DNA of 64,000 bases. Origin: Candidatus Caldarchaeum sp. (GTDB lineage Archaea; Thermoproteota; Nitrososphaeria_A; Caldarchaeales; Caldarchaeaceae). The DNA is taken from assembly GCA_038885755.1 (NCBI GenBank), contig JAVZZH010000004.1:1-64000 (forward strand), written 5' to 3'. The position numbers and the translations under genes are program-made. Positions within the stretch are counted from its first letter, which is position 1, and every line of letters starts with the position of its first letter. The notes under the pieces were generated by a model that was not told the DNA's origin, searched no databases, and saw only the letters and a list, made by a program, of their open reading frames with translations. Positions 56,848 through 64,000 of the stretch are shown here, one piece after another.

Positions 56848-58338
56848 ATGCTGCCGGGAGAAGCACTAGACATTCCTCTGCTGTCGCTCGCTGTAATCCT
56901 TCCGCTCGTCATGACGCCTGCGACGTTTCTGGCTGGGCGTGTCGGCTCATGGAGGGCCGCTTCGGTTTTGTGCAACTCTGTCCTCTTAGTTCCTCTGCTG
57001 GTACTGCTGTACTTAACCCCCCGAGTCTTCCAAGGAGCTGTCTTCCACGAGGAGTATCAGTGGGTGCCTGCCCTCGGGCTGACCGTCGGCTTCGTCCTCG
57101 ACAGCCTAAGCTATCCATTCGCAGTCCTCATATCTCTTGTAGGCTTTCTGGCGGGCGTCTACTCAACAAAGTACATGGAGAGGGAGCACGACCTCACCTC
57201 CTACTTCACTCTACTCCTGCTTTTCGTAGGCGGTATGGTTGGAGTCGTGCTGGTGACAAACCTGTTCCTTTTCTACGTTTTCTGGGAGCTGATGCTGATA
57301 CCTTCATATGCCCTGATAGCTTACTGGGGGACTGGAAACCCTAGGCTCATAGGCTTCAAGTATTTCATATTCACTCACGCCGGGGCATTGACCATGCTGG
57401 TGGGGATCGCGTGGCTTGCAGCTCTCTTCGGCAACATGAACATATTCGAGCTCAGCAGCCTCGCGGGCGAGCAGCCCGCATCGCTCAGACCTGTCCTAAC
57501 CACGATAGCGTTGTTGATATTCGTGGGGGCCGCCGTCAAGATGGCAGTATTCCCCTTCCACACATGGCTTCCAGACGCCCACGCGGAAGCGCCGACGCCC
57601 ATCAGCGTCCTGCTTAGCGGAGTGATGATTAAGACAGGAGTCTACGCCATGGCAAGGCTTTTGCTAGGAGTGCTTCCGTTCACAGTCGCCGACCTCCAGA
57701 TACCCATAGCCGGGCTGGCGGTCGTCAGCATGATTTGGGGAGGTGTGATGGCTCTCGTCCAGACGGACGTCAAAAGGCTTCTGGCTTACAGCAGCATCAG
57801 CCAAGTCGGCTACATAGTCTTCGGCCTAGCGTCTGGCAGTACCGCAGGAATCCAAGGAGGTTTGTTCCACGTTCTCAACCACGGTTTCGCGAAAAGCCTC
57901 CTCTTCATGGGGGCGGGTGTCCTCATACATGAGCTGGGCGAGAGGGACATCCGGAGGCTGGGTGGACTGGCTTCCCAGATGCCGATTACTGCGATGGCGA
58001 TGCTTCTGGGAGGGCTTTCCATCGCCGGCACGCCGCCGCTGGGCGGGTTCATGAGCGAGTGGATGATCTTCTCCGGGGGAGTCGAGGCGGGCTGGACATG
58101 GCTCGTGGCTGTCGCGGTCTTCGCTACTGCCATCACAGCGGGATACTATTTGCGAATGTTCAGGGCGGTTTTCTTCGGCGAGCGCGTGGCAAAGGCGACT
58201 GACCCTGGACCGACCATGCTAGGCTCCATGACCCCCTTGATAGTTCTAGTCGTCGTTCTGGGTTTCTACGCAACGTCGCTCATCTCGGTTATTGGGACGT
58301 CGGCGTCGGAGCTATCACTTTCCATCTTGGGAAGCTAG
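56848..58338 (+). CDS. nuoM: NADH-quinone oxidoreductase subunit M-like antiporter subunit
   Basis: FWELMLIP, KMAVFPFHTWLPDAHAEAP, KRLLAYSS, NHG. Confidence 0.88.
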   Translation: MLPGEALDIPLLSLAVILPLVMTPATFLAGRVGSWRAASVLCNSVLLVPLLVLLYLTPRVFQGAVFHEEYQWVPALGLTVGFVLDSLSYPFAVLISLVGFLAGVYSTKYMEREHDLTSYFTLLLLFVGGMVGVVLVTNLFLFYVFWELMLIPSYALIAYWGTGNPRLIGFKYFIFTHAGALTMLVGIAWLAALFGNMNIFELSSLAGEQPASLRPVLTTIALLIFVGAAVKMAVFPFHTWLPDAHAEAPTPISVLLSGVMIKTGVYAMARLLLGVLPFTVADLQIPIAGLAVVSMIWGGVMALVQTDVKRLLAYSSISQVGYIVFGLASGSTAGIQGGLFHVLNHGFAKSLLFMGAGVLIHELGERDIRRLGGLASQMPITAMAMLLGGLSIAGTPPLGGFMSEWMIFSGGVEAGWTWLVAVAVFATAITAGYYLRMFRAVFFGERVAKATDPGPTMLGSMTPLIVLVVVLGFYATSLISVIGTSASELSLSILGS

Positions 58339-59082
58339 TTTTTCCAGCACTTCCCTTACTTTTGAAGCAAGCTCGACTGCCAGAACGTCTCTCGTCTCCG
58401 GCTTGGCCACCAACACGTCTAGCTCGGCCTCGACTTGGGAGGGGCCTCTGCTTTTGACGCTGAATATGGGTGGAAAACGCTGGTCTAGATGAGCTTTGTA
58501 TTTGTAGGCCGCCTTCAGCACCTCTGCCTCTGTTTTTGGGAGGCTTAACTTGGCGGGCACCAGCACGGGAATGGTGATACGCTGTGAGGCCAGCGACGTC
58601 CTGTTGGTGGAGACTCTTTTGATGAACATGGAGTTTGGAACAGTTATCACAGACCCGTCGCCGCTGAGCAGCACCGTGGCCACTTGGTTGATCTCTATCA
58701 CCTTGCCTCTAAACCCTGCTACTTCTACGTCGTCGCCCTTCTTGACAGGTATGTATGTTCCGATAAAATATCTAGAGACGAAGCTCGTCAAAAGGTCTCT
58801 TGTAGCGACTACAACAGCTATTCCAGCCAAAGCCATCAGCAGAAGAAGTATGTCGAGGTTGAGCCCAAGCTGGTTTACTGCGAGCAGGATTCCTACCAGC
58901 CACACAGAGATGGAGATCCAGTGAATCGTCTGGTCAACAGCCAAGGGTGGAGCTGCTTTCAACGTCCTACGCAGTATCGTGCCCAGCAAGCGTACGATGA
59001 TGAACACCACCAGCAATATGCCTGCTACTACGGCTAGCTTAGTGATAATAACCGTGAGGTCCATCGTTTCGAGAAAGTTCAT
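58315..59082 (-). CDS. Small-conductance mechanosensitive channel (MscS family)
   Basis: Three TMs, then KKGDDVEV...GKVIEI...VPNS. Confidence 0.85.
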   Translation of the reverse strand: MNFLETMDLTVIITKLAVVAGILLVVFIIVRLLGTILRRTLKAAPPLAVDQTIHWISISVWLVGILLAVNQLGLNLDILLLLMALAGIAVVVATRDLLTSFVSRYFIGTYIPVKKGDDVEVAGFRGKVIEINQVATVLLSGDGSVITVPNSMFIKRVSTNRTSLASQRITIPVLVPAKLSLPKTEAEVLKAAYKYKAHLDQRFPPIFSVKSRGPSQVEAELDVLVAKPETRDVLAVELASKVREVLEKLASQDGK

Positions 59083-60444
59083 TCACTCACCCCCTTGAAG
59101 AATAATTCTCAGCACGTCCATCTCCTCCCTCAAGCCACGCTCTATGCTGCACAACGCAACGGCCTCACCTGCCTTCGCACCCATCTCCAGCCTTGTCTTT
59201 TCATCGTTCAACAATTTGACCATCGCCTCCTCCACCTGCTCAAGGTTGTCAGGGTTGACGAGGAGCCCTGTTGACCCGTGCTCAACCAGCTCCGCTATCC
59301 CAGCGTGAACGCTCACGATTGACGGCTTCCTGTAGAGCCAGCTTTCAGCCACAACAAGCCCGAACCCCTCAGCCCTAGAAGGCAGAATCGTCAAATCACA
59401 TCTCTCGTAAACGCAGCCCAGCTCCTCTCGGCTTACATGCCCCGTGAAGACAACGTTTTCGGAGACCCCAAGCTTTTCCACCAGCTCGTTAAGCTCCTGC
59501 CTCCATTGGTCAGCCTTCGACAAGCCGAGGCCCTGCCTTGAGCTTGAGAAACTTCCGTTCCCCACAATCAGAAGCTTGACATTCGGTATGCGTCTAACCA
59601 CTCTGGCAAGCGCTTTCACAGCCACGTCATGTCCCTTCAAGGGGTCGAGCCTAGCTACAAGCGCGACAACAAGGTCGTCTTCTTTTATCGAGAACCTGTC
59701 GCAAAAATCGGAGACTTTCTGACGGCTTGGCACTACGTACTCCTCGAAGTCTATGTAGGGGTACACGTGAAAGACTTTCCCACCGTAGCCTATTTTCTCA
59801 AGAGACTTGAGGTAGGTTTTACAGCTGACGATGACAGCGTCGTATGCGTCGAAGTATTTCTTGAGAAATGGAGCCCATTTCGGGGATATTACTCTCTCGT
59901 CGAAAGGTATGTGCCAGCGGAAGACTTTTGGCTTTAGGGTTTCCAGCATGGAGCCCGTGGGAAGCTGCTGGAAATCATGTATGTAGAACAGGTCGAAGTC
60001 ATGCTGGTTGTCAAGCTTCATCAACGTTTCGCTGCAAACCCTGTTGTAGAGATTGTAGTACGCGTAGTCTTCATACCATGCAACGTCAACCAGAGACCTC
60101 GGCTCATCCTTCTGGACGCCGTGAAAAATCCTCCAGAGAAGCTCTTTGACGACGCCGTAGCTCTTGAGATGAGACTCCTCCACCCTAACGTTCCACAGCT
60201 CAATCCCGTTTATCCTGATTCTCTCAGGGCCTCTTGGGTTGAGGGAAACCCAGCAGGCTTCCTCTAACACCCCGTTCCTAAACATCCGCAAGAGAAGAGG
60301 ATAAACCATCCTCGTCACCCCGCCCGGGGAGAAGACATATTCGACGCTCTCCTTCATCACAGAAACGTCTAAGATGTTCTGCGAGACAGGTGTGTCCCCG
60401 ACCAGACGGATGAGAGGGGTCTGCGTGCAGACGGCTAACCGCAT
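59083..60444 (-). CDS. GT4 glycosyltransferase (trehalose-metabolism associated, TreT/TPS-like motifs)
   Basis: GGV, HDFQQ, WHIPF, ARLDPLKG, EGFGLVVAE. Confidence 0.85.
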   Translation of the reverse strand: MRLAVCTQTPLIRLVGDTPVSQNILDVSVMKESVEYVFSPGGVTRMVYPLLLRMFRNGVLEEACWVSLNPRGPERIRINGIELWNVRVEESHLKSYGVVKELLWRIFHGVQKDEPRSLVDVAWYEDYAYYNLYNRVCSETLMKLDNQHDFDLFYIHDFQQLPTGSMLETLKPKVFRWHIPFDERVISPKWAPFLKKYFDAYDAVIVSCKTYLKSLEKIGYGGKVFHVYPYIDFEEYVVPSRQKVSDFCDRFSIKEDDLVVALVARLDPLKGHDVAVKALARVVRRIPNVKLLIVGNGSFSSSRQGLGLSKADQWRQELNELVEKLGVSENVVFTGHVSREELGCVYERCDLTILPSRAEGFGLVVAESWLYRKPSIVSVHAGIAELVEHGSTGLLVNPDNLEQVEEAMVKLLNDEKTRLEMGAKAGEAVALCSIERGLREEMDVLRIILQGGE

Positions 60445-60478
60445 TATGCCATAGTTTCGTGCATGAGGTATAAATGTG

Positions 60479-61165
60479 TTAGTGAGGGGCGGCGGTTTTT
60501 CTCTGTAGTTTAGAGGTTTCGATTTTTTCCGAAAGCTCTGGAAAGTTCTCTCTGAGGTACAGCCTTACGAGGTAAAGCGCTGCTGCAAGCCCTAAAACAC
60601 CCAACGCCAGCATGGACCAGCGTGGGTAGAAGAGAGACTCGGTAAGGAACATCGATATGGCGACCCAGAGAGCAGGAGACAGGAGGAAGAACAGGGCAAC
60701 CACTGCCTTGGTGATCATCATCTTGTCGGCGAGCAAACGAGCTATGGACGAGGATAAGCCGTCTGAAAACTCGAGCTGAGCCACCAAGTCGGGCGACAAG
60801 TTGTAGAACACTTTACCGACACTCTCGAAAAGCTGCGGGTTCGTCGCAGCGAAGAAGTCGGGTCGCAGCCAGGCCTTCCTAACACCCTCCTTAGTGGATA
60901 GGTATACGTTGTCTCCCTCAACCATCATCAACAATCCCCGCCTCTTGGCGAACTTCTCAACCCTCTCAATCACTTCTTTATTCAGTTGAAGCACCGGGTT
61001 TTTGAAAGCCATGCCCAGCAACGGCGGGTCGGAGGGTATATACTTGTTGACGACGAACACGCCGTCCCTGAATTCAGGCATCTTCTCCTGAATCAAGGCC
61101 TCGGGAGTGTTCTTACCAAGCTGCTCCTCAACGTGTTTGTATGCCTTGACGAACGCCTCCGACAT
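60479..61165 (-). CDS. Hypothetical membrane protein
   Basis: Two C-terminal TM segments. Confidence 0.65.
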   Translation of the reverse strand: MSEAFVKAYKHVEEQLGKNTPEALIQEKMPEFRDGVFVVNKYIPSDPPLLGMAFKNPVLQLNKEVIERVEKFAKRRGLLMMVEGDNVYLSTKEGVRKAWLRPDFFAATNPQLFESVGKVFYNLSPDLVAQLEFSDGLSSSIARLLADKMMITKAVVALFFLLSPALWVAISMFLTESLFYPRWSMLALGVLGLAAALYLVRLYLRENFPELSEKIETSKLQRKTAAPH

Positions 61166-61191
61166 ACTTTGTTAGACATCCCTACGTCTAT

Positions 61192-62220
61192 TTATGCATG
61201 AGCCGCCCCGCTCTCTTCTTCAAGCAGGAAGCATGCAGCCTCCCAGCCATATCCATGTCTGTAGGCAGGCGGTTCGGAGACATCGCACTTCCCCCTGATG
61301 AAGTAAGGGCATCTTGGATGGAACCTACAGCCAGAGGGAGGGGAGACTAGGCTCGGAGGCTCGCCCGTAATTACTTTCCTGAAGCTCAGCCTGTTGCGTG
61401 GGTTGGGGTCTGGAATAGCCTCGATCAGAGACTGTGTGTAAGGGTGTCGGGGGTTTGACAGAACTTCTTTCGTATCACCTACTTCAACGAACTTACCTGC
61501 ATACATCACCGCTATCCTGTCAGAGAAATACTTGGCAGTGGCCATGTCGTGTGTGATGTACAGAATGGTAAGCCCGTACTTCTTCTGCAGCTCCCGAAGC
61601 AGTAAAAGTATCTCGACTCTTATGGATGCGTCGAGCATCGTCACCGGCTCGTCGGCTACTATGAATTCTGGGTTGGAAATTATCGCACGGGCTATTGCGG
61701 CTCTCTGCCTCTGGCCTCCGCTGAGCATGTGGGGGTACTTTGAGGCGAAAACCTCTGGAGGATTGAGCTTGACTTCGCTGAGCGCTCTATAAACCCGTTC
61801 ACGCCGCTGTTCTCTCGTCCCGATTTTGTTGACCACCAGAGGCTCCTCCACAGCTCTGTGTATGGTGAATCCGGGGTTGAGGCTTGAGTAGGGGTCTTGA
61901 AAGACCATTCCCATCCTCCGCCTAAGTCGTTTGAGCTCCTGCTCCTTCAGCTCAGCTATGTTTACGCCGTCGAAGATTATTCTCCCGGACGTGGGCTTGA
62001 CAAGCCCCATGACAGCTCTACCGAAAGTAGTTTTTCCGGAGCCGCTTTCTCCCACCAAGGCGATAATCTCCCCCCTTCTAATCGTCAGGCTCACCCCATC
62101 AACCGCCTTTACGACCGCGGAGGCGGAGAACATCTTCTTGACCGGGAAATAGACACTCAACCCTTCCACTGAGATGAGGACTTTTTCATCCGTCAATTCC
62201 TTTCCTCCAAAAGCCAGCAC
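61192..62220 (-). CDS. oppF: Oligopeptide/dipeptide ABC transporter ATP-binding protein
   Basis: GESGSGKTT, FQDPYSSLNP, LSGGQRQR, GCRFHPRC. Confidence 0.9.
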   Translation of the reverse strand: MLAFGGKELTDEKVLISVEGLSVYFPVKKMFSASAVVKAVDGVSLTIRRGEIIALVGESGSGKTTFGRAVMGLVKPTSGRIIFDGVNIAELKEQELKRLRRRMGMVFQDPYSSLNPGFTIHRAVEEPLVVNKIGTREQRRERVYRALSEVKLNPPEVFASKYPHMLSGGQRQRAAIARAIISNPEFIVADEPVTMLDASIRVEILLLLRELQKKYGLTILYITHDMATAKYFSDRIAVMYAGKFVEVGDTKEVLSNPRHPYTQSLIEAIPDPNPRNRLSFRKVITGEPPSLVSPPSGCRFHPRCPYFIRGKCDVSEPPAYRHGYGWEAACFLLEEESGAAHA

Positions 62221-63191
62221 ATGGCTTGATGGTTCTCATCCGCCTTGTTCATCGGTGGTTGCTCAACGTCGCACTTACCTTTTACAGCTAGTGGGCATCG
62301 TGGATGGAAGCTGCAGCCCGTAGGCAGGTTGATGAGGTCTGGAGGAGCTCCCGGTATGAAGGTAGGAGGCCTGTCCTCTCTGATGGTTGGAACACTCTCC
62401 AGCAAGAGCTTTGTGTAGGGATGTTTTGAACTCAGGTATACAGACTCCGCCGGACCTAGCTCAACAACCTTCCCAGCATACATCACCGCAACCTTGTCGG
62501 CCAGCTCGCTCGCAAGCCCGAGGTCGTGAGTGATGAAAACATACGTAAAGTCTTGCTCAAGCTTGAGTTTTTTGAGAAGGTTCATTATGTTTGCCTGAGT
62601 TATGACGTCTAGGGCGGAAGTCGGCTCGTCGAGGATGATCAGCCGAGGCTTCGACACGATAGACATCGCTATCAAAACTCTCTGCTTCATGCCGCCGCTC
62701 AGCTCGTGAGGGTAGCGTTTTCCAACCTCTGGGTTGAGACCAACGAGCTTAAGAGCCCTTATCGCCTCCGAAACGGCTTCCTGCTTGCTGTAATTCATGT
62801 TGATTATAAGAGGCTCGGCTATCTGGTTTTCGACTTTCATCACCGGGTTGAGAGAGTTCATGGCGCCCTGAAAAACCATGGAAATCCCCCCAACCCTAAC
62901 TCTTCTTCGAAAATCTTCCTCGCCTAGCTTCATGATGTCGACGCCGTTGAAGAAAACAGAGCCCTTGTATGCCGCCACGTTTCGTGGGAGTATTCTTACA
63001 ATCGCCGAGGCTGTCGAAGACTTGCCTGACCCGCTCTCACCCACTACGGCTAAGGTCTCGCCCTTCCTGACGCTGAAGCTGACATGGTTGACTGCTTTAA
63101 CAACACCCCTTAGAGTGGAGTAGTGAAGAACCAGGTCCTCCACCCTCAAAACTTCGGAATCGCCCAACCCGTTCAACCTCCCCGAAACCAT
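62193..63191 (-). CDS. oppD: Oligopeptide/dipeptide ABC transporter ATP-binding protein
   Basis: GESGSGKSS, YPHELSGGMKQR, DEPTSALDV, GCSFHPRC. Confidence 0.9.
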   Translation of the reverse strand: MVSGRLNGLGDSEVLRVEDLVLHYSTLRGVVKAVNHVSFSVRKGETLAVVGESGSGKSSTASAIVRILPRNVAAYKGSVFFNGVDIMKLGEEDFRRRVRVGGISMVFQGAMNSLNPVMKVENQIAEPLIINMNYSKQEAVSEAIRALKLVGLNPEVGKRYPHELSGGMKQRVLIAMSIVSKPRLIILDEPTSALDVITQANIMNLLKKLKLEQDFTYVFITHDLGLASELADKVAVMYAGKVVELGPAESVYLSSKHPYTKLLLESVPTIREDRPPTFIPGAPPDLINLPTGCSFHPRCPLAVKGKCDVEQPPMNKADENHQAMCWLLEERN

Positions 63192-63391
63192 CCAAGAACT
63201 CCGTGCAGACCTATTATGGTGCCGGTGAGCGACAGCGTGTATATGACTAGGGTCAGTGTTATGTCTCGTTCAACGACGCCGAGAACCATCATGAGAGACG
63301 CAGCGAAGCCTGTGAAAAGAAGCATAAAACCAGCGAGAACCTCGTAAACCTCTCGGCTGCCGACAAGCTTCCTTCCGGGTTTTGTGCTCAT
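63173..63391 (-). CDS. Small two-TM membrane protein within the opp operon
   Basis: 72 aa, hydrophobic, overlapping both neighbours. Confidence 0.6.
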   Translation of the reverse strand: MSTKPGRKLVGSREVYEVLAGFMLLFTGFAASLMMVLGVVERDITLTLVIYTLSLTGTIIGLHGVLGWFRGG

Positions 63392-64000
63392 GTTTCTTTC
63401 AGCCGCGGGTTGAATATCTTGTCGAGGGCGAACCCTATGAGGGCGAAGCTCACCGAAGTGGCTGCAAGCAAGGCCGACGGTATGAGAACCCAGTAGTACT
63501 GCCCCTTGAACAGGGCGCCGAAGTAGAAGGCGTCTTGGATGACCTTACCCCACGTTGGAGTTATCGGGTCGCCTATTCCAAGTATGGCTATAGCGGCCTC
63601 GAGGAAGACGAAATCAGCAGCCGACAGAACTATGGCGGGGATCATGGTGGGTAGGACTCGCGGTATCAGGTGGAGGAAGAGGATGCGGAGGTCTCCTGCT
63701 CCGTATGACCGTGCAGCCTCGATGTAGGGTGATTCCCGTAGCTGCATGAAAAGAGCTCGGTAGTTTTTGACCCCGGGGCCGAAGGAGCTTAGAAGGATGA
63801 CTATCACGAGGATAATCCAGATGTTCACCCTGTAAAGAGTGGAGACCATTATCAGCACTGGGAGGAATGGAAGTACGAGAAAGATCTCCGTTATCCGCTG
63901 CATCAAAGTGTCGACGGGCCCGCGGAACCAAGCGCTCACGGCGCCTATGCTCATCTGGATCAGGGCTATCGATGTGGCTGCAGAGACTCCGAACAGTAAG
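63388..64000 (-). CDS. oppC: Oligopeptide ABC transporter permease (5' truncated)
   Basis: EAA motif YIEAARSYGA, FLEAAIAILG, FNPRL. Confidence 0.88.
   Translation of the reverse strand, partial: LLFGVSAATSIALIQMSIGAVSAWFRGPVDTLMQRITEIFLVLPFLPVLIMVSTLYRVNIWIILVIVILLSSFGPGVKNYRALFMQLRESPYIEAARSYGAGDLRILFLHLIPRVLPTMIPAIVLSAADFVFLEAAIAILGIGDPITPTWGKVIQDAFYFGALFKGQYYWVLIPSALLAATSVSFALIGFALDKIFNPRLKET

Overview
Archaeal chromosomal segment, most likely TACK (Aigarchaeota/Caldarchaeales-like). This assignment is inferred from gene content: archaeal 23S rRNA with no linked 5S, short XPF, TrpB2, archaeosine TGT, a LysW pathway, a TackOD1 protein and scattered A/V-ATPase and nuo genes. The window holds the 3' end of 23S rRNA, a Liv-type ABC transporter, an acyl-CoA/molybdoenzyme catabolic cluster, a DtxR-regulated metal ABC operon, a type IV pilus locus next to tRNA-Val(GAC), an arg/lys biosynthesis cluster, housekeeping genes, nuoL/nuoM split by a small regulatory islet, a GT4-MscS pair and an Opp transporter. 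The main observation is a 24-nt intron with a perfect bulge-helix-bulge (BHB) motif (35427-35450) inside a protein-coding gene of the arginine-synthetase (ArcE)/cDPGS-like family. The intron carries an in-frame TAG, and canonical BHB splicing restores the conserved GAAGRDFHNFN motif exactly. Other points of note are an unannotated 49-aa secreted-peptide-like ORF between a V4R protein and a tandem-HTH regulator, a doubly frameshifted pilin paralog, LysW ending in EDWGQ, and candidate DtxR and Lrp operators. All calls were made by eye without database searches.
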